A stretch of DNA of 64,000 nucleotides, from positions 410,509 through 474,508 of the forward strand of contig JALOQK010000002.1 of the NCBI GenBank assembly GCA_025453395.1. The letters run 5' to 3'. The DNA is from Candidatus Omnitrophota bacterium (GTDB lineage Bacteria; Omnitrophota; Gorgyraeia; Gygaellales; Profunditerraquicolaceae). Of this stretch, positions 9,020 through 19,561 are shown piece by piece. Within the stretch, counting starts at the first letter, position 1; each line of letters starts with the position of its first letter. The position numbers and the translations under genes were made by a program. The notes beneath the pieces were generated by a model that worked only from the letters and a program-made list of their open reading frames with translations, made no database searches and was not told the origin of the DNA.

Positions 9020-10567
9020 TTATAAGCTGGCTGATAAACCGATCTTGCCCTGCTCAATATCAACCTTAATTACTTTGACTTGAATCTTATCTTGAGGCTT
9101 CAAGGCGGCTGCTTTTTCCTTATCAATTTCACTGGAATAAACAAGCCCCTCAATATCCTCGTCCATCTTTACAAATACCCCAAAATCAGTGACACTTACC
9201 ACTTCAGCCTCTAAAACAGTATCCAACGGGTATTTGCTGGCTATCTGGCTCCAGGGATTTTCCTGAAGCTGTTTTATGCCTAAGGAGATCCTTCTGTTCT
9301 GGCTGTCCACAGAAATAATCACCACGTCAACTTTTTGAGCCTTCTTAAACACGTCTTGGGGGTGAGCAATTCTTTTGGTCCAAGACATATCAGAAATATG
9401 GATCATCCCTTCAAGATTGCCATCCAGCTCCACAAAAGCTCCGTATTCGGTAAAGCCCCTTATTTTTCCGCTTACCTTTGAGCCTACCGGATATTTGGTA
9501 TCCGCGTCAAGCCAGGGATTTTGTTCAAGCTGTTTTGTGCTCAAAGATATCCTGCGGGAATCTTTATCAAGGCTAATTACCTGCGCCTCAACCATGTCTC
9601 CAATAGCGAATAATTCCGAAGGATTATTCACTCTCTTAGTCCATGACAATTCAGAGATATGCACCAGGCCTTCTATGCCCTTTTCAAGCTCCAAGAATAC
9701 TCCATAAGGAAGAATGTTCACCACTTTTCCTTTAACCTTGGCGCCTACGGTATATTTATTCTCGATATCCGACCAGGGGTCAGGCAGGCGCTGTTTCAAG
9801 CCTAAAGACACCTTGGAAGATTCTTTATCCATATTAAGCACCATAACTTCTATCTTATCGCCTAACGCGACCACTTCAGAAGGATGGCTTATCTTTGACC
9901 ACGACATATCAGTTATATGCAAAAGCCCGTCTACTCCTCCCAAATCAATAAAGGCGCCAAAATCAGTAATCGCCTTTACTGTGCCGGCGTAGATACTGCC
10001 AATTTTTAGGCCTGTCCAAAGCTTCTCTTTCGCCTCTTCTCTTTCTTTCTGCATTGCTTCCTTGCGTGAAACAATCAGGCTTCTTCTTAAATTGTTGATC
10101 TTTACGATCTTAAACTTAAAGGTCTCGCCCAAAATATCCTTATCTGCCATGCCTTTAAAAGCAGACAAAGATGCCGGCAAGAAGCCTTCTATGCCGGTGA
10201 CATCCACAATAAAACCGCCTTTGACTTTCTTAACCGGCCGGCCATCTACCAAGTCGCCTTCCTGTGAATGTTTGATTACCTTGTCCCATCCATGTATGCG
10301 CATTGCCTTTTGGCGGGAAAGCACCAATACTCCCTTATCATCCTCAATTGACTCAACTAAGAAATCAAGCTCCGCTCCGACGCTTAATTCACTATGGTTA
10401 AATTCAATTATCGGGAGGATCCCTTCAGATTTAAAACCGATATCCACAACCGCTTCTTTTTGGGTAAAAGAAATTATCTTGCCTTTAACAATCTCGCCCT
10501 CTTTTACTATTTTTATGCTTTGATTGTACAACTCTTCCATTTCGCTTAATTTGCGCTGTTCTGCCAT
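9020..10567 (-). CDS. rpsA: 30S ribosomal protein S1
   Basis: 515 aa with multiple tandem S1 RNA-binding repeats (recurring GxV.G.V..I..FGAFV..G..GL.HIS). Confidence 0.9.
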   Translation of the reverse strand: MAEQRKLSEMEELYNQSIKIVKEGEIVKGKIISFTQKEAVVDIGFKSEGILPIIEFNHSELSVGAELDFLVESIEDDKGVLVLSRQKAMRIHGWDKVIKHSQEGDLVDGRPVKKVKGGFIVDVTGIEGFLPASLSAFKGMADKDILGETFKFKIVKINNLRRSLIVSRKEAMQKEREEAKEKLWTGLKIGSIYAGTVKAITDFGAFIDLGGVDGLLHITDMSWSKISHPSEVVALGDKIEVMVLNMDKESSKVSLGLKQRLPDPWSDIENKYTVGAKVKGKVVNILPYGVFLELEKGIEGLVHISELSWTKRVNNPSELFAIGDMVEAQVISLDKDSRRISLSTKQLEQNPWLDADTKYPVGSKVSGKIRGFTEYGAFVELDGNLEGMIHISDMSWTKRIAHPQDVFKKAQKVDVVIISVDSQNRRISLGIKQLQENPWSQIASKYPLDTVLEAEVVSVTDFGVFVKMDEDIEGLVYSSEIDKEKAAALKPQDKIQVKVIKVDIEQGKIGLSASL

Positions 10568-10700
10568 TTTAAAACTCCTTTTAAAATATCTTTTTTTTGT
10601 GTTTTATAGTTAACCCTTTAAAGCAAAGACGAAACACCTCCTTTGCCAAAAGATTTTACAGAATTTGCTGCTACTGAGAAATACAGGAAGGACTCACTTC

Positions 10701-11324
10701 TTATTTTATGCATGAAAGATGCCTTATATGTTCCATAAGCAAACTTGCGATCTGCTCGTAAGGCATCCCCCTTTCTATATGAATTTGCTTACCGAAATGT
10801 ATGCTTACTTTTCTATTAAAATCCATCTTAGCCCCTTTGGCCCAAGCACTGCCTGATCCTTCTATATATGCCGGAATTACTTTAGCATTGGATTTACTAG
10901 CTATAAAACCTACTCCCCCTAAAGCCTTTCCAAAAGTTCCCTCTGCCTGACGGGTTGCTTCCGGAAAAAGGCCTAAAGTTTTCTTTTGGCTTAATATGCG
11001 CAAGGCGCTTTTTAACGCCTTGATATCCGCGGAATTACGCTCCAGAGGCTGGACCTCCAGAGCGCGCAGGATCAAAGCAAATATTTTATTCTCAAATAAG
11101 GTATCGCGCGCTAAAAAATAAACCTTCTTGCCGGCGCCCACGCCTAAAATCAAAGGGTCAAGATAGCTTCTATGATTACAAGCCAAGATCACCGGGCCAG
11201 TTTTAGGAATATTCTCTCTGCCGTAAATCTTCAAGCCAAAACATAATTTCAGGAAGACAAAACACAAGAAGGCGCAAAAATGATAGAAAAGATCAATAAA
11301 ATATTGCCTTATATTAGAGGCCAC
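10701..11324 (-). CDS. plsC: 1-acyl-sn-glycerol-3-phosphate acyltransferase
   Basis: NHRSYLDP (HX4D acyltransferase motif) and FPEATR motif. Confidence 0.8.
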   Translation of the reverse strand: MASNIRQYFIDLFYHFCAFLCFVFLKLCFGLKIYGRENIPKTGPVILACNHRSYLDPLILGVGAGKKVYFLARDTLFENKIFALILRALEVQPLERNSADIKALKSALRILSQKKTLGLFPEATRQAEGTFGKALGGVGFIASKSNAKVIPAYIEGSGSAWAKGAKMDFNRKVSIHFGKQIHIERGMPYEQIASLLMEHIRHLSCIK

Positions 11325-12699
11325 TTATAATGTCCCTGCCTAAAGAAAGAAGTTTTTTCGCCCGGGATAGATCCTTTGCCTCCGCGTAAAGCCGCATAAT
11401 CGGCTCTGTGCCAGAGCCCCTGAACATCAACCAGCTTTGATCCTCGCAGATAAGCTTAACTCCGTCGCTGTCATTTACGGAAATGACCTTTTTGCCTAAA
11501 AGCTCTTTGGGCAGGCTTTCCTTTGCCGGATGCACGCGTTTCTCAAGATGCAAATCATCTCTTACATAAAAATACTTTCCGAACTGCTTCTCCATATCAT
11601 TCAATATTTTAAGTATATTTTTGTTTCTATAAACCATCATCTCAAGCAATAACAACCCCGCCATAGTCCCGTCGCGTTCCGGGATGTAATTTTTTACCCC
11701 CATACCGCCTGCCTCTTCGCCGCCGGCGACTATATCCTGCGTTTCCATAAGATGCGATATATATTTAAATCCCACGGGAGTTTCATAAATTTTTATCCCT
11801 AAGAATTTGGCGATATTATCCATCATCATCGTACCGCAGACGGTCTTAACCATGCCTCCGGACATTTTTCTATCCTGATTAAGATGCAGGGTCAGAAGCC
11901 CTAATATTTTCTGGGGATGAATAAATACCCCGCCCGGGGCGACACAGGCTATCCTATCGGCGTCGCCATCCAAGGCAATACCCAAATCAAACTTGCCCTT
12001 TTTAACCGCCTCTTTTAAAGCCGATAAATTTTCCTCAACCGGTTCAGGGCGGCTTCCGCCAAATGAGGGGTTAATGGTATTTCTTAAAAATTCTAACTTT
12101 ATCTTAGAGCCTTTGAGAACCTCTCCTATAAGGCTGTCACCCGAACCATGCATAGCATCAACCAAAACCTTAAATTTTTTATTCTTGATCTTCTTAAGAT
12201 CAATATAACCTCGCAAGAATTTAATATAAGCCCTGGTCAAATCCTCTACTTTAATCTTATCAAATAAATTTGGGTCCTCTTTAACCGGATTCCTGCCGAT
12301 AAAAGATTCCACTTCTTTGGTAACTTCAACATCTGCGGCCCCGCCTTTAGCGTTTTTAATTTTAAATCCATTATAGGAATACGGGTTGTGCGAAGCAGTG
12401 ATCATTATCCCCAAATCAAACTTTCGGGTTTTTACAGTAAAACTTAAAGTTGGAGTAGGAATAGGGCGGTCAGAAAGCAGCACTTCCATGCCGTTTGCGA
12501 CAAAAACCTGCGCGCAACATCTGGCAAATTCAGCGGACATAAAACGGGTATCGTATCCGATAGCTATTTTTCTGGGCGAGCCTAAATAATCACAGACTGC
12601 CTGTGAGAGCTTCTTTAAATTCTCAAAAGTGTAATCCTTGGCGATTATCGCCCTCCATCCATCGGTGCCGAACTTAATAGGAGTATTATTATCCTGCAT
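11314..12699 (-). CDS. Phosphomannomutase/phosphoglucomutase
   Basis: Active-site TASHNP phosphoserine loop, GDGDADR metal-binding loop and GGEEAGG sugar-binding loop. Confidence 0.8.
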   Translation of the reverse strand: MQDNNTPIKFGTDGWRAIIAKDYTFENLKKLSQAVCDYLGSPRKIAIGYDTRFMSAEFARCCAQVFVANGMEVLLSDRPIPTPTLSFTVKTRKFDLGIMITASHNPYSYNGFKIKNAKGGAADVEVTKEVESFIGRNPVKEDPNLFDKIKVEDLTRAYIKFLRGYIDLKKIKNKKFKVLVDAMHGSGDSLIGEVLKGSKIKLEFLRNTINPSFGGSRPEPVEENLSALKEAVKKGKFDLGIALDGDADRIACVAPGGVFIHPQKILGLLTLHLNQDRKMSGGMVKTVCGTMMMDNIAKFLGIKIYETPVGFKYISHLMETQDIVAGGEEAGGMGVKNYIPERDGTMAGLLLLEMMVYRNKNILKILNDMEKQFGKYFYVRDDLHLEKRVHPAKESLPKELLGKKVISVNDSDGVKLICEDQSWLMFRGSGTEPIMRLYAEAKDLSRAKKLLSLGRDIISGL

Positions 12700-13336
12700 T
12701 TCTTATCCTTTCTATAGCCTGTTTTGTATCAGCGGCATTAAAAATATATGAACCTGCGGCTAAGATATTCGCTCCTGCCTGTATAACAAGTTTCGCGGTC
12801 TGTTCGTTTATGCCCCCGTCAACAGCAATGTCCTGATCAAAGATTTCGCGCAAGGCGGCGATCTTAGGAACTGCCTGCGCGATAAAAGCCTGCCCGCCAA
12901 AACCCGGATTTACCGACATCACCAGCACAGAGTCCACAAAACCTAAAATCGGCTTGATCCTCTTTAAGGGCGTTGCCGGATTAAGAGAAACCCCGCATTT
13001 AATATTATTTGCCCTTAAAATACGGCTTATCTTTTTTATCCCCGAAGCAGATACCGTCTCAATATGCACGGTAATCATATCACTGCCGGCTTCCATAAAA
13101 GATTTTAAGAAAAACACTGGCCGCTCAATCATCAAATGCACATCAAGCGGCAATTTAGTCACTTTTCGCAATGACTTTACGACTTGCGGGCCAATGGTAA
13201 TATTAGGGACAAAATGGCCGTCCATAATATCTACATGGACCAGATCCGCTCCGGCAGCTTCAACCTTTTTTAATTCATCAGCTAAGCGGCTGAAATCCGC
13301 CGATAGTATTGAGGGGGCTATTTTAATTTTTCTCAT
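12689..13336 (-). CDS. rpe: Ribulose-phosphate 3-epimerase
   Basis: IAPSILSADF...HVDIMDGHFVPN signature. Confidence 0.9.
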   Translation of the reverse strand: MRKIKIAPSILSADFSRLADELKKVEAAGADLVHVDIMDGHFVPNITIGPQVVKSLRKVTKLPLDVHLMIERPVFFLKSFMEAGSDMITVHIETVSASGIKKISRILRANNIKCGVSLNPATPLKRIKPILGFVDSVLVMSVNPGFGGQAFIAQAVPKIAALREIFDQDIAVDGGINEQTAKLVIQAGANILAAGSYIFNAADTKQAIERIRNAG

Positions 13337-13899
13337 GAATATATTTTATTGGCCTTAATATAATCAAAAACCTGTTCCGGGACAAGATAACGGAAAGATT
13401 TTCCCTTACGGATGCAATCCCTTACTTCAAAAGCTGAAATATCAACTGATCTTATCGGCACAGTCCTTATATAATCCGGTATCTTCTCTAAAGGATACCC
13501 GGGACGGGTAGCAACCACAAACTTAACCATCCGGATAATATCTGACAGGTCTTTCCACTCATCCAGGTATTTTAAAAGATCCGATCCGGTAATAAAATAA
13601 AACCTATCCGAGCTGCAGCTTGCCATAAAATGCCTTATTGTATCAATGGTATAAGAAATACCTTTTTTCTTGATCTCAAAATCCGACACAGAAAAATGCT
13701 TATTCCCTTTTATCGCCAGCTTAAGCATTTGATACCTATGGAAAGCTGAGACAATGCCTTTCTTTTTCTTATGCGCCGGCAAATACGCCGGGACAAATAT
13801 AATCTTATCAAGCCCAAGCTTCTCGCGCGCCTCTTCCGCTAAAATTAAATGGCCCAAATGCACCGGGTTAAAAGTCCCGCCTAAGATACCTATACGCAT
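13333..13899 (-). CDS. nadD: Nicotinate-nucleotide adenylyltransferase
   Basis: GGTFNPVHLGHL (H/T-x-G-H) nucleotidyltransferase motif. Confidence 0.85.
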   Translation of the reverse strand: MRIGILGGTFNPVHLGHLILAEEAREKLGLDKIIFVPAYLPAHKKKKGIVSAFHRYQMLKLAIKGNKHFSVSDFEIKKKGISYTIDTIRHFMASCSSDRFYFITGSDLLKYLDEWKDLSDIIRMVKFVVATRPGYPLEKIPDYIRTVPIRSVDISAFEVRDCIRKGKSFRYLVPEQVFDYIKANKIYS

Positions 13900-14098
13900 A
13901 ATAGAAATTGAAAGTTTAAAATGAAAAATGCAAAATTAAAAACAAAAAATCAGAAAAAAGAACCTCAAATTAAAAAACACTAAACTCAAAGGAGTTAATC
14001 AATTTAATAACACGCAAAAAGCTGGTTTACTTCTAACTACTATATTCTCTTGTTTTTAATGCTTTTATTCTGAATTTTTAATTTTGATTTCTTAATTT

Positions 14099-15361
14099 TT
14101 AATTTCTTATTTGTCCGTTGCCATAAACCTGGTACTTATAGGAAGTCAATTCTTCCAGGGCCATGGGGCCGCGGGCGTGTATCTTATCGGTAGAAATGCC
14201 AATTTCCGCGCCCATGCCAAATTGATAACCGTCGGTAAAACGCGTAGAGGCATTAACATATACGCAGGCAGAATCAACTTCTTTCAAGAAAACTTCAGAA
14301 TTATTGTAATTATCGGTGATTATCGCATCCGAATGCCCGGAACCATAATGATTGATATGCTGTATGGCATCATAAAGGCTATCCACTACTTTTACTGACA
14401 AAATAAGCCCCAGGTATTCCGTATGGTAATCTTTATCTGTTGCTGATTTAACCTTAAGGTTACGCGCGATCCTGCGGGTTAGCGCGCATCCGCGGATCTG
14501 GACGCCGGCGTCAATTAATCTTTTAGCCATCCCCGGGATAAACCTTGCCGCCGCATCGCGATGCACAAGCATCGTCTCCATGGCATTGCAAACTCCCGGG
14601 CGCTGGACCTTGGCGTTAAAACAAATACTCTCTGCCATATTCAAATCTGCCTCTTCATCAACATAGACATGACAGATGCCCTTATAATGCTTAATAACCG
14701 GAATACGCGAAGTCTCTACTACTTTTTTGATCAGGCTTTCTCCTCCGCGCGGGATCACTAAATCAATCTGCCCGGCCGCTTTAAGAAGAATGTCCACTGC
14801 CCTTCTATCCGTAGTATCAACCATATTAACGCAGGAGGCCGGCAAATTGTGTTTTTCCAATGCGCGTTTCAGGCTTTTAAGAATCGCCGCGTTAGAACAA
14901 AAGGATTCGCTGCCGCCGCGCAAAATAACCGCGTTGCCGGATTTAAAACAAAGCCCCGCGCAATCAGAAGTAACATTAGGGCGGGATTCATAAATGATAA
15001 AAATAACCCCGATTGGGACACGCACCTTTTCTATCTTCAAACCATTGGGCCTATTTTCTGTCTTTAATACCTGGCCCACCGGGTCATCTAATTTTATCAG
15101 GGCTTCTAAGGAATCAACCATCTGGGCTATTCTTTTTTCATTTAAAGTCAAACGGTCAACCAAAGATGCCGGCATTTTCTTTTTAATCGCCATAGACATA
15201 TCTTTGGCGTTAGCAGATAAAATTAAATTCGTATCCTGCCTAAGGCAATCCGCCATATCTTTGAGCACACTATTCTTTTCTTCCGAGCTTAAAACCCCAA
15301 GCTTGCTTGAGGCCTGGCGCGAAAGTTTTAGCATTTGCTCGATCTTTTTATGCAAACTCAT
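14099..15361 (-). CDS. proA: Gamma-glutamyl phosphate reductase
   Basis: 420 aa aldehyde dehydrogenase-family protein with the typical ProA length and motifs. It is adjacent to proB. Confidence 0.9.
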   Translation of the reverse strand: MSLHKKIEQMLKLSRQASSKLGVLSSEEKNSVLKDMADCLRQDTNLILSANAKDMSMAIKKKMPASLVDRLTLNEKRIAQMVDSLEALIKLDDPVGQVLKTENRPNGLKIEKVRVPIGVIFIIYESRPNVTSDCAGLCFKSGNAVILRGGSESFCSNAAILKSLKRALEKHNLPASCVNMVDTTDRRAVDILLKAAGQIDLVIPRGGESLIKKVVETSRIPVIKHYKGICHVYVDEEADLNMAESICFNAKVQRPGVCNAMETMLVHRDAAARFIPGMAKRLIDAGVQIRGCALTRRIARNLKVKSATDKDYHTEYLGLILSVKVVDSLYDAIQHINHYGSGHSDAIITDNYNNSEVFLKEVDSACVYVNASTRFTDGYQFGMGAEIGISTDKIHARGPMALEELTSYKYQVYGNGQIRN

Positions 15362-16449
15362 TTTTCCCCTTGGGTAATAACCAGATTATCCCGATGGACC
15401 ACTTCACGGTTAAAACGCTTGCCCTTTACCTGGCATAAATCAATTGAAGAAACAGATGTCTTCCCTTTCGCAAGTTGTCCGCCTGCGCTGTCCATGATAG
15501 AAACAATATCATCCGGCTTGAAATCTCCCGCGCAAGATAAAACACCTACCGCAAGAAGGCTTTTATTATTTAAAAGCGCCTGTTTTGCCCCGTCATCAAC
15601 AATAATCTTTCCTTGCGGCTTGGCGCTAAAGGCAAGCCAATGTTTTCTTGCGGCAAAAAAATCTTTTTTAGGCGCGAAGAATGTCCCTTGGGCTTTTAAG
15701 GCATTCAAAATAGAATCATTCTTCCTGCCGTTAGTGATAACACACGGTATCCCTGAATCCACGCAGATACCCGCCGCATCAAGCTTAGTGACCATACCTC
15801 CAACACAGCGGGATTTATTCGTAGGACAAGCCAACGCGCGCACAGAAGGCGTAATTTCTTCTACTAAACCAACTACCGTCTTTTTATCTTTATCTAACAA
15901 GCCGTCCACGTCAGAAAGAATGACTAACAGGTCTGCCCCGACTAATCCGGCGACCAAGCTGGATAAGCGGTCATTATCGCCAAATTTAATTTCATCGGTT
16001 GCCACAGTGTCATTTTCATTAATAACCGGCACAACCCCTAATTTTAGCAAGCTTAAAAGGGTATTCTTGGCATTCAGATAACGTTCACGCTGGCTAACAT
16101 CATCCCAGGTAAGAAGCACCTGCGCGCAAACAAGCGAGTATTTCTTGAAATACTGGCTATAAAAATTCATCAGCTTATTCTGACCTATGGCAGCGCAGGC
16201 TTGTAAAATATGCAACTGTCTTGGACGGCTATCAAGCTTTAGCACTCCCATACCCATGGCAATAGCTCCAGAAGAAACAATAATAACTTCTTTTTTATCT
16301 TTTAAAAGCTCAGCTACTTGACGCGAGACAGCATGGATCCGCGCAACATCAAGCTTATTATCCTTAGAATACATAAGGCTTGAGCCGATTTTTACTACAA
16401 TGCGCTTATAATTGCTTTGAGATTGCTTCAAGAAACTCCTCCAGGCCAT
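15358..16449 (-). CDS. proB: Glutamate 5-kinase with C-terminal PUA domain
   Basis: IVVKIGSSLM amino-acid kinase start and a C-terminal PUA-like region. The ATG-predicted start overlaps obg by ~44 nt. Confidence 0.9.
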   Translation of the reverse strand: MAWRSFLKQSQSNYKRIVVKIGSSLMYSKDNKLDVARIHAVSRQVAELLKDKKEVIIVSSGAIAMGMGVLKLDSRPRQLHILQACAAIGQNKLMNFYSQYFKKYSLVCAQVLLTWDDVSQRERYLNAKNTLLSLLKLGVVPVINENDTVATDEIKFGDNDRLSSLVAGLVGADLLVILSDVDGLLDKDKKTVVGLVEEITPSVRALACPTNKSRCVGGMVTKLDAAGICVDSGIPCVITNGRKNDSILNALKAQGTFFAPKKDFFAARKHWLAFSAKPQGKIIVDDGAKQALLNNKSLLAVGVLSCAGDFKPDDIVSIMDSAGGQLAKGKTSVSSIDLCQVKGKRFNREVVHRDNLVITQGEK

Positions 16450-17359
16450 CTTTTTGTAAAGCTGAAATAGGATAAACTTTCTTCTTCAGCTTCTTTTTAA
16501 AAGACGCTAAATTCTCACGCGAAGATGGCAAATCCATTTTGTTGGCAACAACAATCTGCGGTTTTTTACCTAACTGCTTGTTATAGCTTTTTAATTCCGC
16601 GTTTATAATCTTATAATCGTCTAACGGATCGCGGCCCTCAACGCCTGACATATCTATTATATGCACCAATATCCGGGTGCGCTCTACATGCCTTAAGAAT
16701 TGGTCTCCCAGGCCCCTGCCCTCTGAAGAGCCCTGGATCAAACCCGGAATATCCGCAACAATAAAATTTTTATCCTTAAAATTAACCACCCCTAAAACAG
16801 GCGACTTAGTTGTGAAGTGATACGCCCCGATCTTGGAATTTGCCCGGGAAATAGCGCAAATAAGAGTAGATTTACCGGCGTTGGGAAAACCTACCAGGCC
16901 TACATCAGCGATTAACTTTAATTCTAAAGTCAGTTCCCGGCTTTGAGTTATTTCTCCGGGGCTGGCTTCATGCCTGTGATGATTGCCTAAACCGCCTTTG
17001 CCGCCTTTGGCAACAATTAAATCCTGGTTTGGCAGGCTTAAATCGCGCAAAACCAAGCCTGTATTAGCATCCTTAACCACTGTGCCAACAGGCACACGGA
17101 TAATTACCGGCGCGGCATCCCTGCCCCTCTTGTCATTTCCAGAGCCATGCTGGCCATGGGCCCCTATAAATTGCCTTTTATATTTAAAATCAAGCAGGGT
17201 CTGCAGGTTTCTATCGGTGCGGATAATTATGTCCGCGCCATTACCGCCGCCGCCTCCGTCGGGAACCCCTTCGCGGGTGTATTTATCGCGGTAGATACTA
17301 TTACAGCCTCTTCCGCCGTCACCGGCTTTAACCTGAATTTTAACGCTATCAACAAACAT
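16406..17359 (-). CDS. obg: GTPase Obg/CgtA
   Basis: Obg fold N-terminus (FVDSVKIQVKAGDGGRGC...GGGGGNGADII) plus a G domain (GFPNAGKST). Confidence 0.9.
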   Translation of the reverse strand: MFVDSVKIQVKAGDGGRGCNSIYRDKYTREGVPDGGGGGNGADIIIRTDRNLQTLLDFKYKRQFIGAHGQHGSGNDKRGRDAAPVIIRVPVGTVVKDANTGLVLRDLSLPNQDLIVAKGGKGGLGNHHRHEASPGEITQSRELTLELKLIADVGLVGFPNAGKSTLICAISRANSKIGAYHFTTKSPVLGVVNFKDKNFIVADIPGLIQGSSEGRGLGDQFLRHVERTRILVHIIDMSGVEGRDPLDDYKIINAELKSYNKQLGKKPQIVVANKMDLPSSRENLASFKKKLKKKVYPISALQKDGLEEFLEAISKQL

Positions 17360-17368
17360 CGTCTTTTC

Positions 17369-17680
17369 TTACGCTTTGATCTCTTCTACTTCAATAAGAG
17401 ACAGCTTCTGACGATGAGCTTTTTTCCAATGCGAAGATTTTCTGCGGCGGTATTTAAAAGATATCGCCTTGTCGGTTTTGACCTCTTTTAAAACTTTCGC
17501 TTTAACCGTTGCCCCTTTGACATAAGGAGTCCCAACCTCAATTTTATCCTCGTTTGACAATAAAAGGACCTTGTCTAAGCTATAAACCTGACCTGAAGCA
17601 ACCCCCTGCCTTTCCACTTCAAGGGTATCGCCTTTTTTCACCAAGTATTGTTTTGAGCCAACTTCAATAACAGCATACAT
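17369..17680 (-). CDS. rplU: 50S ribosomal protein L21
   Basis: MYAVIEVGSKQYLVKKGDTLEVE is the classic L21 N-terminus. Confidence 0.9.
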   Translation of the reverse strand: MYAVIEVGSKQYLVKKGDTLEVERQGVASGQVYSLDKVLLLSNEDKIEVGTPYVKGATVKAKVLKEVKTDKAISFKYRRRKSSHWKKAHRQKLSLIEVEEIKA

Positions 17681-17786
17681 TTGCGTACTCTCCTTTATTT
17701 AAGTTAAATAAGGTTAAATGAAGTTACAAATACCCCTCGAGATTAGATATTGAAACAAGATATTATATATTATAGCGGGCTTCGGG

Positions 17787-19235
17787 TCAAGAGGAAATCT
17801 TGGTATCTTCTAAGTGCAAGGAGGGATTAGAAACAAGGTTAATCTTAACATGGAACTTCTTTTCTAAGAAACGCACGTCTTCACGATTCTTTAAAAGCTC
17901 GTTGGTAACCTCCGGGTTAAGCGCCAAATCCACTTCTTTGACATCTTTTGTATTAGCAAGATAACGCCTAAGCTCTTTTAAGGCGTAGATAGAGGTGGTT
18001 GGAGCGGATTTAATCTTGCCCCTGCCTTTACAGTAAGGGCAGGCCTGAAAAGACAAAGCTTGAGCGGTATTATGCACCCTCTCGCGGGTCATTTCCACCA
18101 CCCCGAATTTAGATATCCCTAAAATATCATATTTAGCGCGGTCACCGCTTAAAGCGTTTTTTAAAGCCACAAGCACTTTTCTTCTGTGGTCTTCCTTTTC
18201 CATATCAATGAAATCAATGACAATAATGCCTCCTAAATCCCTTAAACGCAGCTGCCTGGCAACTTCCACGGCCGCGTCGCAATTAACCCTAAAGGCAGTC
18301 TCTTCCTGGCCGATATTCTTTGTAAACCCGCCGGAATTAACATCAATAACTACCAAGCCCTCTGTGGGCTCAATAATAAGATAGGCCTTAGATTTAAGGT
18401 AAACCCTGGATTCAAATATGCGGTTGATCTGCCGCTCTACATCTTTTTCTCCGAATAAATCCTGATTTTTATACAGATGGACCTTGCGGATAAGATAGCT
18501 CATGAAAGTCTTCATAAAGCGGATTATCCTGAAGAATTCCGGCTTAGAATCCACAATAAGCGAAGAGACATCATCAGTGAACGAATCCCTGATGGCCCGA
18601 AAAACCAGATCATACTCCTCGTAAACTAAAGACGGGGCTTTTTGAGAATTAATAATTTTCTCAATCCTGGACCAAAGCTTTAAAAGAAACTGCGCGTCGC
18701 GGGCTAATTCCTGCTTGGATTTGCCAACCGCGGCGGTGCGCACAATAAAACCGACATCTTTGGGTAACTTCTGCTCCTGCAGGATGTCTTTGAGCCTGCG
18801 GCGCTCCTTATCATCTTCAATTCTTCTTGAAATGCCGATCTGCCCTTGGCCAGGCATAAGAACTATGTATCTGCCGGCAATGCCGATATGGCAGGATAAC
18901 CGCGGGCCCTTAGTGCCAAACGACTCTTTAACCACCTGCACTAAGACTTCCTGCCCCTTCTTGATCTGTTTTTGCTGTTTAAAAGAATTGTTATCGGAGA
19001 ATTCAAAGGCCTCGTTTATTTCAGAAAGGTACAAGAATCCTTTTTTAGGTAAACCAATATCCACAAAGGCCGCCCCCACTGCCGGCACAACCGCGTCAAT
19101 AACCCCTTTATAAATATTGCCCACGATAGTCTTATCGCCGGGCCGCTCCATATAATATTCTTCAAGCTGGCCGTCAGCAACAATAGCTACTCTTTTTTCT
19201 CTTGGCTCAACATTAATCAATATTTCTTTTGGCAT
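17787..19235 (-). CDS. rng: Ribonuclease G/E family endoribonuclease
   Basis: N-terminal S1 domain followed by the RNase E/G catalytic core; 482 aa is the RNase G size. Confidence 0.85.
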   Translation of the reverse strand: MPKEILINVEPREKRVAIVADGQLEEYYMERPGDKTIVGNIYKGVIDAVVPAVGAAFVDIGLPKKGFLYLSEINEAFEFSDNNSFKQQKQIKKGQEVLVQVVKESFGTKGPRLSCHIGIAGRYIVLMPGQGQIGISRRIEDDKERRRLKDILQEQKLPKDVGFIVRTAAVGKSKQELARDAQFLLKLWSRIEKIINSQKAPSLVYEEYDLVFRAIRDSFTDDVSSLIVDSKPEFFRIIRFMKTFMSYLIRKVHLYKNQDLFGEKDVERQINRIFESRVYLKSKAYLIIEPTEGLVVIDVNSGGFTKNIGQEETAFRVNCDAAVEVARQLRLRDLGGIIVIDFIDMEKEDHRRKVLVALKNALSGDRAKYDILGISKFGVVEMTRERVHNTAQALSFQACPYCKGRGKIKSAPTTSIYALKELRRYLANTKDVKEVDLALNPEVTNELLKNREDVRFLEKKFHVKINLVSNPSLHLEDTKISS

Positions 19236-19249
19236 AATTTATTCTTGGC

Positions 19250-19552
19250 CTAAAAACTATTCGCGGCGGATTTAATGACAATTCCTTCAGGCAAGGCCTT
19301 TTGAAGAAGAGAACAAAAATCTTCCGGGGAAACAACCTGACGCAGCATAACAGTTGCTTCTTCGTTTTCACTTTCTAAGCCTAATTTCAAAGCCCTCTTT
19401 AAACTTAGCTTTATATGCGGGCTATACCCCTCTGTCATTTTTAAAAGTAGCCCCGTTCGACGCAAACCCCTAGCGAACAGGCGCATAAGATCCAAATGCG
19501 AAATATATTTAAGCACCCCTTTCTTGGCAAATATAAAATTTATCTTAAACAT
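19250..19552 (-). CDS. DUF2344 family protein (radical-SAM-linked, often encoded next to rne/rng)
   Basis: ISHLDLMRLFARGLRRTGL...YSPHIKLS matches the DUF2344/TIGR03936 signature. Confidence 0.55.
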   Translation of the reverse strand: MFKINFIFAKKGVLKYISHLDLMRLFARGLRRTGLLLKMTEGYSPHIKLSLKRALKLGLESENEEATVMLRQVVSPEDFCSLLQKALPEGIVIKSAANSF

Positions 19553-19561
19553 AAATTAGGT

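Noticed and set aside
10568-10700. Possible tRNA or other small RNA gene in the longer intergenic spacers (10568-10700, 13900-14098, 43569-43610)
   Set aside because: No cloverleaf-compatible stretch was seen (no GTTC-like T-loop with matching acceptor stem). The sequences are AT-rich promoter or hairpin regions.
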